Shown in pieces: positions 9,517 to 19,410 of a DNA stretch of 64,000 nt. How positions within the stretch are numbered: the first letter of the stretch is position 1; each line of letters starts with the position of its first letter. The notes beneath the pieces were generated by a model. It saw nothing but the letters and a program-made list of their open reading frames with translations. It was not told the DNA's origin and did not search any database. Both the position numbers and the translations under genes were made by a program. The DNA is from Candidatus Omnitrophota bacterium (GTDB lineage Bacteria > Omnitrophota > Gorgyraeia > 2-01-FULL-45-10): NCBI GenBank assembly GCA_020057115.1, contig JAGVGJ010000018.1, positions 6,067 through 70,066 on the forward strand. Reading direction: 5' to 3'.

Positions 9517-11520
9517 CTACATGGAGACTGGGTCGACGTCGACAGCGATGAGGACGCCGTGGGGTTTTTTGAAGGTTGACTGAACGTCCCTCAGGAGCTT
9601 ACACATGTAGAGGCGCTCTTTGTGTTTGAGGAGCATGTTATAGCGGTAGTATCCGCGCATGCGCGATATGGGCGCCGGCGCGGGTCCTGAGAGCATCATC
9701 TCAGGATCCTTCTGGCGGATCGCGGCGGCAAGCTCCGCAGCTGCATTTTGCGCAACTTCATCATTGCGCGCCCTCACCGTCAACTTTGTAAGATTTATGA
9801 ATGGCGGGAACAGGAGTTCTTTTCTCGTGATTATCTCCTCTTCGTAAAATTTATCATAATCGTGTTTGGACGCGGTCTGTATGGCGTAATGTTCGGGCGT
9901 GTATGTCTGGACGATTACCTCGCCTCCGTGGTCGCCCCGCCCTGCCCTTCCCGCGACCTGGGTAAGGAGATTGAACGTGCGCTCGCTGGACCTGAAATCA
10001 GGGATATTGAGGCTCACGTCTGCCGAGACGACGCCTACGAGCGTCACCTCCGGGAAGTCGAGCCCCTTGGCTATCATCTGAGTGCCGACGAGCATGCTCG
10101 TGTCGCCCACCTTGAAATCTCCGAGTATCTGTTCATGCGAGCCTGCCTTAGAGGTCGTGTCGGAATCCATCCTCGCTATCTTAGCCTGCGGGAAGTTGCG
10201 GCTCACCTCAGACTCTACCTTCTCGGTCCCGAGTCCGAAATAGCTTATGTAGGCGCTTTTACATTTAGGGCATATGTCGGGCGGCGCCGCTTTGTAGTCG
10301 CAGTAGTGGCAGACGAGCCGCTTATCATCAAAATGGTAGACCATCGAAGTGTCGCACCTCTTGCACTTCATCACGAATCCGCACTTCTTGCAGTTTATGA
10401 AGGTCGAAAAGCCGCGCCTGTTCAGGAATATTATCGCCTGCTTGCCGTTCTTTAAGGTCCTCTCCATCGCCTCAAGAAGAACGCGCGAAAATATGGCGAT
10501 GCGCTTTCGCGTCTCAAGCTCCATCCTCATGTCGACTATCTTCACTTTGGGAAGAAGCCTCTCTTCGATCCTCTTGGTCAGCCTTATATGTTTATAATGG
10601 CCGTGTTTTGCCTTGTAATAGGATTCCAATGACGGCGTCGCGCTTCCGAGTATAAGCGGGCAATTGTTGAGGCGGGCGCGCTCTTCTGCGACATCGCGCG
10701 CATGGTAGCGCGGGACATCGTCCTGCTTGTATGATGTCTCGTGCTCCTCGTCTATGATTATGAGGCCGAGGTTATCCATGGGGCTGAAGATGGCCGAGCG
10801 CGCGCCAACGACGATCGACGCCCTTCCGTCTTTTATCTTCTTCCATTCTATGAATCGCCTGGCAGGGGTGAGTTTGGAATGTATGACGGCGACATGATGT
10901 CCGAACCGCGAAACGAACCTCTCAACGGTCTGGGGGGTGAGCGATATCTCCGGGACGAGCATTATCGCCTGCCTGCCCAGCTTTAAGACCTCGTCGATAG
11001 CCTGCAAATACACCTCGGTCTTGCCGCTCGCCGTTATGCCGTGAAGAAGGTATGTCTTGTGCTCTTTCTTCTGTATGGATTCGTTGATGGCCTTGAGGGC
11101 CTTCGACTGCTCTTCGGTAAGGTCGTGGGGAACCGATGACTTATGATCCTCTACTTTTATATGACTATCCTTTATCCTCGTGCCGATCTCAAGCTTCCCC
11201 TTCTTTATGCCTCCCGGGATGGCCGCCTCTATCGCCTCGCCCCATGAGCAGAAATAATTATCCTTGATCCAATGGGTGAGTTTAAGCATCTCGTCTGAGA
11301 GTAGCGGCTCTTTATCGATGACCGAAATTATCTCCTTAAGCTCTCTGGAGGTGTCTACCTCGTCGCCCAGACCCACGACATAGCCTACGACCCTTCTGGG
11401 GCCAAATGGGACAAAGACACGCTTGCCGATAGCGATCTGGTCTTGCGATAGGTCTGGGATCTTGTATTGGAATGTTCGGTCGAGCGGAAGCGAGATGGCG
11501 ATGTCGGCGAATTTATTCAT
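9517..11520 (-). CDS. priA: Primosomal protein N' (replication restart helicase PriA)
   Basis: 667 aa with a Walker A motif (GITASGKTEVYL), a DEEH box (IIIDEEHETSY), the Cys-rich zinc-binding insertion (CKKCGF…CKRCD…CHYCDY…CPKC) and a helicase C-terminal domain. Confidence 0.9.
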   Translation of the reverse strand: MNKFADIAISLPLDRTFQYKIPDLSQDQIAIGKRVFVPFGPRRVVGYVVGLGDEVDTSRELKEIISVIDKEPLLSDEMLKLTHWIKDNYFCSWGEAIEAAIPGGIKKGKLEIGTRIKDSHIKVEDHKSSVPHDLTEEQSKALKAINESIQKKEHKTYLLHGITASGKTEVYLQAIDEVLKLGRQAIMLVPEISLTPQTVERFVSRFGHHVAVIHSKLTPARRFIEWKKIKDGRASIVVGARSAIFSPMDNLGLIIIDEEHETSYKQDDVPRYHARDVAEERARLNNCPLILGSATPSLESYYKAKHGHYKHIRLTKRIEERLLPKVKIVDMRMELETRKRIAIFSRVLLEAMERTLKNGKQAIIFLNRRGFSTFINCKKCGFVMKCKRCDTSMVYHFDDKRLVCHYCDYKAAPPDICPKCKSAYISYFGLGTEKVESEVSRNFPQAKIARMDSDTTSKAGSHEQILGDFKVGDTSMLVGTQMIAKGLDFPEVTLVGVVSADVSLNIPDFRSSERTFNLLTQVAGRAGRGDHGGEVIVQTYTPEHYAIQTASKHDYDKFYEEEIITRKELLFPPFINLTKLTVRARNDEVAQNAAAELAAAIRQKDPEMMLSGPAPAPISRMRGYYRYNMLLKHKERLYMCKLLRDVQSTFKKPHGVLIAVDVDPVSM

Positions 11521-11543
11521 ATTTTCAGCTTAAAGCTTACGGC

Positions 11544-12209
11544 TTATAGCTCTTTCATGACCTTCTTCATATCTTCCCACACCAGCTTCTTGTCATCCGG
11601 ATTGCGCAAGAGATAGGCCGGGTGGAAAGTCGGCATGACCTTTATGCCGTTATAGGACCGGAACTTGCCGCGCAGCGCGCTTATGGGAGTCTCGGTCTTA
11701 AGAAGCGTCTGGCTGGCGAATTTTCCGAGCGTCACGATCATCTTCGGGTTTATGAACTCTATCTGCCTGCGCACATTGTCGCAGCAGGCCAGTATTTCGG
11801 CAGGAAGCGGTGTCCTGTTCTCCGGCGGGCGGCACTTCAGGATATTCGCTATATACACGTCGTCCCTCTTCATGCCCATCGCCTCGATTATCTTGGTAAG
11901 CAGCTGTCCGGCCTTGCCCACGAACGGCAGGCCCTGGATATCCTCATCATGGCCCGGCGCTTCGCCGATGAAAACGAGCTTCGCTTTGGCATTACCCGCT
12001 CCGAATACGACATTCTTCCTCGTAGCGTGAAGATCGCATTCCGTACAGGACGAGACCTCTTTACATAAGTCCTCCAGGCAAGTGGCCCGCAAAAGGCCGG
12101 GTTTTCTCTCTTCGGCGCGGCTAAAAAAAGACTCTTTAAATCCCATCGCTTTCTCAAGCTCAACGTAGGATTTTATGCCTTTTACGATATCCTGCAGTTC
12201 GTCGTTCAT
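11544..12209 (-). CDS. Uracil-DNA glycosylase, family 4 (Fe-S cluster type)
   Basis: 221 aa with a CxxC…C Fe-S ligand pattern and the family-4 motif GEAPGHDEDIQGLPFVGKAG. Confidence 0.85.
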   Translation of the reverse strand: MNDELQDIVKGIKSYVELEKAMGFKESFFSRAEERKPGLLRATCLEDLCKEVSSCTECDLHATRKNVVFGAGNAKAKLVFIGEAPGHDEDIQGLPFVGKAGQLLTKIIEAMGMKRDDVYIANILKCRPPENRTPLPAEILACCDNVRRQIEFINPKMIVTLGKFASQTLLKTETPISALRGKFRSYNGIKVMPTFHPAYLLRNPDDKKLVWEDMKKVMKEL

Positions 12210-13342
12210 GACGCCCCTTTCGCCGTCTCCATGGCCAATTTCGCTATGTCATAAGACGATGTGGGTTTTTTGATCTTCCCGATCGCCTCTTTCATGTTCT
12301 TAAGTCTTTCCGGTGATGACAGCAGCTCTTCCAGTATTGGCCTTATCTCCGAAACATCATCCACCTTAACGGCAGCGCCATGCCCTGTGAGAAAATCGCT
12401 GTTGCGGGTCTCCTGCCCGGGTATCGGCGCTATTATGATGATCGGCAGCTCTTTCGCCAGGCTCTCCGTAGTCGTTATCCCGCCGGCCTTTGATATGAGC
12501 ATGTCGGAGGCCTCCATGAAATCATAAACATTGTCTACAAAACCGACGACTTTAAGGTTGATATTTAAAGCTGCCTTCAATGCCTCCAATTTCTTCGCCA
12601 GTTCTTCATTATGGCCGCAAATAACGACAGCCTGCACAGGCTTAGAAACGCTTGCGATGGCCTTGACTATCCCTTCGATCGGGCCTACCCCGAAACCACC
12701 GCCTATCACAAGCGCCGTGAATGTCTTGCCATCCAGCTTGAGCTTTGATCGGATCGCGAGCCTATCCTGTTTTTTTGCGAAGACAGGATCGATCGGTATG
12801 CCCAGAACATTTATTTTATGGTCAGGCACTCCCCATTTTACGAGGTCTGACTTCGCATCATCCCCTGCTACGACATAGCTGTCTACGCCTTTAGCCACCC
12901 ACCAGGCATGGAGCCTGTAATCGGTAATGACCGTGATAAGCCGCGACTTAAGCCTGCCTTTTACTTTCAGATCCCCCGCCACCTCGCTTAAGAAAAAATG
13001 GGTCGATATTATGACATCGGGACTCGTTTCGATAAGATATTTCGTAAGTTTTTTCGAATAGTACCAGTTATTCAGCCTTCTTACCGGCGCGACGAATATA
13101 TTGACGAAGAAATTATCCGTAAGATAATAGAATATACCCCATACAAGGGCGAGCTTGTTCATCGCAAGAAGATACAGGTCCAGATAGCTCTTCTTGAAGA
13201 GCGGCGTCGTGTAGTCAAGGGCATCTATGAGCTCCACCCGGGTATCCGCGGACTTGAGCTCATCAAAAGCCTTCTTTATGGCCTCTGCTGCCTTCTTATG
13301 CCCCATGCCTGCCGTGGCATATGCGATCAGGATCTTCTTCAC
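12206..13342 (-). CDS. Diacylglycerol glycosyltransferase (MGDG synthase/UgtP-like, GT28 family)
   Basis: 378 aa. The N-terminus ILIAYATAGMGHKKAAEAI fits the MGDG-synthase N-domain. The C-terminus …LISKAGGITTTESLAKELPIIII.PIPGQETRN fits the GT28 C-domain. Confidence 0.7.
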   Translation of the reverse strand: MKKILIAYATAGMGHKKAAEAIKKAFDELKSADTRVELIDALDYTTPLFKKSYLDLYLLAMNKLALVWGIFYYLTDNFFVNIFVAPVRRLNNWYYSKKLTKYLIETSPDVIISTHFFLSEVAGDLKVKGRLKSRLITVITDYRLHAWWVAKGVDSYVVAGDDAKSDLVKWGVPDHKINVLGIPIDPVFAKKQDRLAIRSKLKLDGKTFTALVIGGGFGVGPIEGIVKAIASVSKPVQAVVICGHNEELAKKLEALKAALNINLKVVGFVDNVYDFMEASDMLISKAGGITTTESLAKELPIIIIAPIPGQETRNSDFLTGHGAAVKVDDVSEIRPILEELLSSPERLKNMKEAIGKIKKPTSSYDIAKLAMETAKGAS

Positions 13343-14032
13343 TTAAACCTCCTCGCCGGTCTCTTCGGGCAAGTCTTCGGCGGGCGCATCGACAGCTCCT
13401 TTAATAACGCCCTCCCGCCTCTTATGGGCCCTGTCGGTCTTGCGTCTCTCCTTCGCGAGGAGCCATTTTACCGTCTCAAGCAGGTCTGCAAACACATAGT
13501 CAGGCTTGAGGACCCACTTGCTCATCTCGTCAACCGTCGTCTTGCCGGACCTGACAAATATCGTCCTCATCCCAAGGCTGTAGCCGGCCTGCACATCCAC
13601 TTCGGAGTCGCCGATAAAATACGTCTTTCTCGGGTCAGCGCTGAACTTTCTCGCCGCGGCTTCCAGCATCCCCGGCTTTGGCTTCCTGCAATTGCAGTTA
13701 TCTTCCCTCTTATGGATGCAATAATATACCTCTTCTATCTTGCCGCCGTTCTTATTTATCTCGTCAAGCATGCGGCTGGTGACCTCATTCAGCTCATCTC
13801 TCGTGAAATATCCCTTATTTACGCCTGCCTGGTTCGATATGATGACGACCTTGATACCGTTCCTGTTAAGCAGCCTTAATGCCTGGAATACGCCGGGCAG
13901 GAACTTGAAATCCTTCCACTTCGTCACATAGCTGTATTCGGTCCATCCGCCCGGATCTTTGTTTATTACTCCGTCCCTGTCGATGAATACGATATCTAGC
14001 CGCTTTTTGCCGCGCCTTACGGGCCTTCTCAT
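13343..14032 (-). CDS. gmhB: D-glycero-D-manno-heptose 1,7-bisphosphate phosphatase (HAD-IIIA)
   Basis: Carries the DRDGVIN HAD motif I, the zinc-finger insertion CNCRKPKPGM, and GDSEVD. The start was moved to the internal Met at 14032, which forms an ATGA overlap with the upstream stop. The ORF track extends to 14110. Confidence 0.75.
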   Translation of the reverse strand: MRRPVRRGKKRLDIVFIDRDGVINKDPGGWTEYSYVTKWKDFKFLPGVFQALRLLNRNGIKVVIISNQAGVNKGYFTRDELNEVTSRMLDEINKNGGKIEEVYYCIHKREDNCNCRKPKPGMLEAAARKFSADPRKTYFIGDSEVDVQAGYSLGMRTIFVRSGKTTVDEMSKWVLKPDYVFADLLETVKWLLAKERRKTDRAHKRREGVIKGAVDAPAEDLPEETGEEV

Positions 14033-15402
14033 AAGTCTATATCCTCTTTTAATATTACGGCCATCCAGTAGATCACTAGCGGCAGGAAGTGAAGAAGGAA
14101 TCGCGCCCATGTCTTTGAGACGAAGTAGCTTACCTCGACACTTGATATCATATAGAACAGGATATATCCCGATATCGTAAGAAATAGCGAAAGCGCTATA
14201 TATTTATTTGTGCCGCCGAACGCCTTCTTCAGATTAGATAGTATGGCGAATGCGGCGACCGGCCATACGATGAGCCACTTCTTCGGACCGAAGAACTCTT
14301 TCTGGAACTCGTAAAGGATGACCTTTATCTTATAAAGCTGGTGGACCAGGAACGACGGCGTGATACGGGCCAAGTCTATCTCTTGGTTCGTTATGTGGGC
14401 TCTTGCCTTCGCGATGGCCCAGGGAGATGATATCGCGATAATTATGCCTATATACATAAGCGCAAGATATATCTCTTTTTTCGTAATATTCCTACGGTTC
14501 GCGGCAAGGAACGTGAATAGAACGACTGAGCCTGTAACGCAATAGAGCAGCCCTTCGTTCTTGGTCCAGCCGGCAAGGCCTGCCATGATGGCCGATAGTA
14601 TCAGGAAACCGGGAGAGCTCCTTTCGTCAAACCACAAGAGAAGGAAGAGGACGCTTCCGAAAGTGTAAAAAGATAAGACCATGTCATGATAACCGTTCGT
14701 AGCATAATTACTGAACTGCGGAATACTCGCAAGGAGGAATGCGAAAAGAAGCGCATATGTCCTGGTCGAGAAACGCCTTATCGCATAATATACGAGGCAT
14801 AGCGTCGCTATGAAAAATAGCGGGAATATCAGCTTCACAAGCTGGTCATTCATGCTGCCCATGGAAAGATAGGCCATGACTTCGGCAAGAGGGATATTGA
14901 TAGGATAATCGGGATGAGGGAATATCCTGGCTAGCTCTCCGAAGAAATCTGCGGGGATGGATCTGGCGATATATATGATCTTCGCCTTTATGGCGTATAT
15001 CGCTATAGCGTCATAGGATTCGAGCGGTCTTATAAGCGCCCGGAAAAAAGTGAAGGACACCTGGAAGGCCGTAGCGGCCAAAAGGAATGCGAGGAAAACG
15101 TTATTCTGTTTCTTGTTCTCCTGGCCTGTCGCCATCTCCGGCATCCCCTCTTTAAAATGGGTAAGGGCATTGATGAAAAATAACGGGACCCACGGAGCGA
15201 TTATCTTGCCGAGCTCGAAGCTGACGCCGAAGAAAGAGAATGCGAGCATCTCGAGCGTCACGAAACCAACGCCAAGGCCGTATGACAGGGCGAGGCTTTC
15301 TATAAGATGGAAGCTGGAGCGCCTCAAGAACGCGAAGTAGAGGATGTTCCATCCTATAAATAGAAAAAGCAGCAGCATTATCGACAGGCGGTACATTTCC
15401 AA
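14029..15402 (-). CDS. Polytopic membrane protein, probably a GT-C-type glycosyltransferase (ArnT/PMT-like)
   Basis: 457 aa with about 12 predicted TM helices and charged loops near the N-terminus. The family was assigned by architecture only. Confidence 0.4.
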   Translation of the reverse strand: MEMYRLSIMLLLFLFIGWNILYFAFLRRSSFHLIESLALSYGLGVGFVTLEMLAFSFFGVSFELGKIIAPWVPLFFINALTHFKEGMPEMATGQENKKQNNVFLAFLLAATAFQVSFTFFRALIRPLESYDAIAIYAIKAKIIYIARSIPADFFGELARIFPHPDYPINIPLAEVMAYLSMGSMNDQLVKLIFPLFFIATLCLVYYAIRRFSTRTYALLFAFLLASIPQFSNYATNGYHDMVLSFYTFGSVLFLLLWFDERSSPGFLILSAIMAGLAGWTKNEGLLYCVTGSVVLFTFLAANRRNITKKEIYLALMYIGIIIAISSPWAIAKARAHITNQEIDLARITPSFLVHQLYKIKVILYEFQKEFFGPKKWLIVWPVAAFAILSNLKKAFGGTNKYIALSLFLTISGYILFYMISSVEVSYFVSKTWARFLLHFLPLVIYWMAVILKEDIDL

Positions 15403-15403
15403 G

Positions 15404-15808
15404 TTATCTGGCCCCTATCTTCTTCAATATCGACCTTGAATCATCAAGTTTTTTGAATTCATCATACCCTTCGGCAGAGAAACCCGGGGTATTGTAAATA
15501 AGGATATAACCCGCATCCTCTTTTTCAATCGCCGGATAAAGATAATAAGCGGCGCGCCTCTTCTCGATCGACCCTTCTTCTAGCCCTATAAGCTTATAGC
15601 TAGAGCCTTCCGGCAGGGTGTTGTTCGCAAGAGCTATCAATTCATATAGCTCCTTACCGGTGATGTGGGCGTATTTGCCTTCGAGCGAGAGCTTCGCGAG
15701 GGTCTTATACTCTTTAAGCTGTCCTTTGCCCACAAGCTCCCTCACGGTGAATGAGGCCCACATTATCACCCAGATAAGAAACAGTATCTTTAAGATATTC
15801 TTCTTCAT
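15404..15808 (-). CDS. Small N-terminally anchored hypothetical protein
   Basis: 134 aa with a single N-terminal hydrophobic helix and a soluble domain I could not recognise. Confidence 0.4.
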   Translation of the reverse strand: MKKNILKILFLIWVIMWASFTVRELVGKGQLKEYKTLAKLSLEGKYAHITGKELYELIALANNTLPEGSSYKLIGLEEGSIEKRRAAYYLYPAIEKEDAGYILIYNTPGFSAEGYDEFKKLDDSRSILKKIGAR

Positions 15809-15832
15809 ACGGTTGATCTGCTCTTCTCATTT

Positions 15833-15880
15833 AGGGGACAGGTCTGTCTTATGCCTACTACATGTTCAGACCTGTCCCCT
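15833..15880. repeat. Perfect 14-bp inverted repeat, 20-nt loop hairpin in the 77-nt gap, ending 5 nt before the stop (15886-15888) of the downstream radical SAM gene
   Basis: aggggacaggtctg (15833-15846) is the perfect reverse complement of cagacctgtcccct (15867-15880). It is followed by ttt on the plus strand. The arms share the GGGG..AGGTCTG motif with the 9126-9325 element. Confidence 0.6.
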
Positions 15881-15885
15881 TTTGC

Positions 15886-17271
15886 TCATGTATGCACGAT
15901 CCAGTTCATGAAACGTTTCGCCAGGAATTGAAAATGCCTCAATGACTTCACCGACTTAATATGATACCAGATTATGCCCGGTCTCAGGTAAAATTTAGCG
16001 AAGGCGCGCCTGTGCAGGTTCTTGAGCTCTTTACGCGTAAACGCAGGAAATACATACGCGGCATTCGTGAAATAGAACTTCTCCCAATCGACATCATGGA
16101 GCTCGCCGGTAGCTTTAAGCATCTCGTAAGATTCGGTCCCGGGGAAAGGAAGATAGGTGAAGAAGTTTGCGCGCTGTATCGGAAGGCGCGCCGCGAAATC
16201 TATCGTCTCGTTGGCCGTCTTCACCGTCTCCGTAGGAAACCCGAGTATGAAGAATCCCGCCATGTCTATCCCGGCCTTATGGATGCGGCTGACGCACTCC
16301 TCTATCTTCTTCGTATTAGTCCCCTTCTTCATAAAACTCAATATCTTATCGGAGCCCGACTCTATCCCAAGAGAGATCATATATAGGCCCGTCTCCTTCA
16401 TAAGCCCCAACAGCTCCTCGTCGAGCGTCTCCATCCTGACGCCATTAGGCGTAGACCAGCTGATATCGAGCTTGAGGCATTTAAGTTTCCTCAAAAGGTC
16501 CTTGGCATAGGCTTTGTCCATGGTGAAGTTGTCGTCTATTATGTGAAATTCGCGGATGCCATGGTCATCATAGAGCATCTTCATCTCTTTTAAGACCGAC
16601 TCTGCCTTGCGCTTACGCACCTTTCTTCCCGAGACTATATAGCCTGCGCAAAAAGTGCACTGGTATGGACAGCCGCGCGTCACCATTATCGGGGCGATCG
16701 GGAAATTCTTGAAAAATGCGCCATGCTGGGCTTCGGGATAATTTTCCGGATGGATCATGTCCCATGCGGGAAACCCGAGAGAGTCGAGGTCATCTACCAC
16801 GGCCTTGGGATTCTTCCTTATCGCGCCATTATCGCGCCATACAAGGCCGGGTATATCCGAAAGATCCTTCCTCTTCTTCTCTATAGCCTCCAGTAGCTTA
16901 GGCAGACCAAGCTCCGCTTCGCCTACGAACAAAAAGTCGAGGTCTTTTCCAAACTTTGTTAATGTCTCTTCGGGAAGAGCCGAGGCATGAGGCCCACCGA
17001 TGATCGTAACTATATCTTTATTTATCTTTTTTATTTCCAGCAGGGCCTTTGAGATAAAACCTAGGTCAAAAGTATAACATTGCAATCCAACGACATCCGG
17101 CATAAATTCTTTGATACGGGCCGGCAGGTCTTCAAGCCTGATATTCTCCTTTATGCAATCCAGTATCCGGACATCATGGTCCTTGCGTATGGCCGTGGCT
17201 AAATACCCAAGCCCGAGGGACGGCTGTATATGGTCGCTTCTATTATATGGTTTTACTAAAAGTACTTTCAT
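15886..17271 (-). CDS. B12-binding (class B) radical SAM enzyme
   Basis: 461 aa with an N-terminal cobalamin-binding-like domain and the radical SAM CxxxCxxC motif (CPYQCTFC). Confidence 0.8.
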   Translation of the reverse strand: MKVLLVKPYNRSDHIQPSLGLGYLATAIRKDHDVRILDCIKENIRLEDLPARIKEFMPDVVGLQCYTFDLGFISKALLEIKKINKDIVTIIGGPHASALPEETLTKFGKDLDFLFVGEAELGLPKLLEAIEKKRKDLSDIPGLVWRDNGAIRKNPKAVVDDLDSLGFPAWDMIHPENYPEAQHGAFFKNFPIAPIMVTRGCPYQCTFCAGYIVSGRKVRKRKAESVLKEMKMLYDDHGIREFHIIDDNFTMDKAYAKDLLRKLKCLKLDISWSTPNGVRMETLDEELLGLMKETGLYMISLGIESGSDKILSFMKKGTNTKKIEECVSRIHKAGIDMAGFFILGFPTETVKTANETIDFAARLPIQRANFFTYLPFPGTESYEMLKATGELHDVDWEKFYFTNAAYVFPAFTRKELKNLHRRAFAKFYLRPGIIWYHIKSVKSLRHFQFLAKRFMNWIVHT

Positions 17272-17970
17272 CTAGTTGACGAACCTGTATTTTAACAGGG
17301 CCCATAGCGCCCCGAAACCATGCTTCCAGGATATCTTCTTTCCTTCGGCGTAAGTCCTGCCGTAATACGATATCGGCATCTCATATACCCGCAAGGCCTT
17401 GTTCTTCAGTATCTTTGCCGTAAGCTCTGGTTCTACGGAAAAATCGTTCGACTTTATCGATATCTTGTCTATCACGCCCTTCCTAAACATCTTGTAGCAT
17501 GTCTCCATATCCGTCAGCGTAGAATTGTACAGGAAGTTCGTCAGGAAAGTAAGAAAGCTATTCCCCATTTTGTGCCAAAACATGTGCACCCGCTGTGGCT
17601 TGCCTCCCGAAAGTCTTGAACCATATACGACATCGGCAAATCCGTCCCTGATGGGCTTTATCATCTCGAGGAACTCCTGCGGGTCATACTCAAGGTCCGC
17701 GTCCTGCACGATCACGACATCTAAAGTGGCGTGTTTAAAACCGGTCCTTAATCCCGCTCCTTTGCCTGCATTCTTTTCATGAAACACGAGTTTTACTCTG
17801 GGGTCGAGCTTCGCGCTCTTCAAAACATCCGCCGTGCCGTCCTTTGAACCGTCATCTACCACAATAAGCTCTCCGACGATCGGCACGGACAGGACCTTAT
17901 CGATGATCTTTAATATGGTATTCTTCTCATTATAAACAGGCATCACGACGGACAAACATCTGGGTTCCAT
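17272..17970 (-). CDS. GT2 polyprenyl-phosphate glycosyltransferase (Dpm1/ArnC-like)
   Basis: 232 aa with the SVVMPVYNE…DDGSKDGT…DADL GT-A motifs typical of dolichol/undecaprenol-phosphate sugar transferases. Confidence 0.75.
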   Translation of the reverse strand: MEPRCLSVVMPVYNEKNTILKIIDKVLSVPIVGELIVVDDGSKDGTADVLKSAKLDPRVKLVFHEKNAGKGAGLRTGFKHATLDVVIVQDADLEYDPQEFLEMIKPIRDGFADVVYGSRLSGGKPQRVHMFWHKMGNSFLTFLTNFLYNSTLTDMETCYKMFRKGVIDKISIKSNDFSVEPELTAKILKNKALRVYEMPISYYGRTYAEGKKISWKHGFGALWALLKYRFVN

Positions 17971-17985
17971 ATACAGGCCTTTCAG

Positions 17986-19410
17986 TTAATACGCAACTTC
18001 ATACTTGTGCTGTTTTTTCTTCTTCTTTAACAAGCCCAGCCGGATAAGCGATGCCTTGATAGCATCCTCAACCGCTTTCCAGTAGAACCTGCTGTATCTT
18101 ATGACATCGAGCGCTCCTACGGCAGGCAAGGTCTCTCTCCTGTTAAGCGCCTCGTGGAATATGTTCAAGTTGAGTTTCGAGTTCTCATAGGTGAATATCT
18201 TCCAGTTATAATCCGTAAGCCAGAAATCATCGGCTATAAATCCTACCTTCTTCGCGTGCTCGTATAACTCGGTCCCTGGCAGTACCCTGAGACCATTCGC
18301 AAGGCCTACGTCGTCAGGCTGCGCGCGCTTTAAAAATTCCACAGTCTGGTTTATAGTAGCTCTCGTCTCACCCATATTCCCGGCTATCAAGAGGGCTGAT
18401 GTCCTTATCCCGGCTTCCTTGGTCATCTTTATGGCCTTCTCCGATGTCGCTACGGGAATAGGCTTCTTCATGACCTTCAAAAGCTCTTCCGAACCTGTCT
18501 CTATGCCGAAATTTATCTTAAAACACCCGGCCTTCTTAAGCTTCGCCAACAGCTCAGGGTCAAGACAGTCTGTGCGCGATACTATCTCAAAAACAATGTG
18601 GAGGCCGCGCTTCAAGATCTCGTCGCATAATTCCGCCGCAGCCTTCCTGTTTGCGGTAAACAGGTCATCGTTGAACGCAAGGCGCTTTGCCCCGTAGCTT
18701 TTTACCAAAAGCTCAAGCTCGTCGGCCATATTTTTGGCGGAACGGCCGCGCCATCTCTTCCATAGCAGCTTATCAGCGCAAAAGATGCAAGAACCTATAC
18801 AGCCGCGCGAAAATACTACCGGGACGCACGGCTCTTTGCTTATGTCGATACCGTTACATACGCCTGATCCGTCGGATGGGTATCTCTTTATATCGATAAG
18901 CTCCCAGGCCGGAAACGGTATCTCGTCCAGGTTGGCTACGAGCTTCCTGTCAGGGTTTACGACCGTCTTCCCGTCCGGCGCGCGGTAAGTTATCCCGTCT
19001 ATAGCGCTCGGATCCTTCCCCTGGCACATCTCGAGAAATGTTATCTCGCCCTCTCCTCTCATGACGATATCTATGAAAGGATAATTCTCTATCAATTGCC
19101 TGTGCATAAGGGTCGCATGGGCGCCGCCCACTTCGACCATGATCTTCGGATCTATCCTCTTGGCAAGCCGGGCGACCTCAAGGGCCTTGACCCTGGAATA
19201 TGTATGGCATGTTATTCCGACTATCGTAGGCTTATATGCTCTTATCTTATCCTCGATGCCGCCCCATCCCTCTATATATCCGTCAATGAGATCGACAGGT
19301 ATGCCGTTCTTCTTAAGTGTCCCGGCGATATAGAGAAGCCCGAGCGGAGGCGTCGAATACTCGCCTCTTCCCGATTCAGGAGGGTTTACCAGAAGGACCT
19401 TGTGCATCAT
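17986..19410 (-). CDS. B12-binding (class B) radical SAM enzyme
   Basis: 474 aa with an N-terminal B12-binding-like fold and a CIGSCIFC cluster motif. It is a paralog of 15886..17271. Confidence 0.8.
   Translation of the reverse strand: MMHKVLLVNPPESGRGEYSTPPLGLLYIAGTLKKNGIPVDLIDGYIEGWGGIEDKIRAYKPTIVGITCHTYSRVKALEVARLAKRIDPKIMVEVGGAHATLMHRQLIENYPFIDIVMRGEGEITFLEMCQGKDPSAIDGITYRAPDGKTVVNPDRKLVANLDEIPFPAWELIDIKRYPSDGSGVCNGIDISKEPCVPVVFSRGCIGSCIFCADKLLWKRWRGRSAKNMADELELLVKSYGAKRLAFNDDLFTANRKAAAELCDEILKRGLHIVFEIVSRTDCLDPELLAKLKKAGCFKINFGIETGSEELLKVMKKPIPVATSEKAIKMTKEAGIRTSALLIAGNMGETRATINQTVEFLKRAQPDDVGLANGLRVLPGTELYEHAKKVGFIADDFWLTDYNWKIFTYENSKLNLNIFHEALNRRETLPAVGALDVIRYSRFYWKAVEDAIKASLIRLGLLKKKKKQHKYEVAY

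Noticed and set aside
9748-10455. Long plus-strand ORFs (for example 9748-10455, 12998-13879, 42179-42820, 55820-56545, 50618-51148) that lie antisense to strong minus-strand genes
   Set aside because: Each lies entirely within a minus-strand gene that has clear family motifs. They contain no recognisable motifs and show low-complexity, Arg/Pro-rich translations typical of antisense frames in 50% GC DNA. They are treated as spurious.
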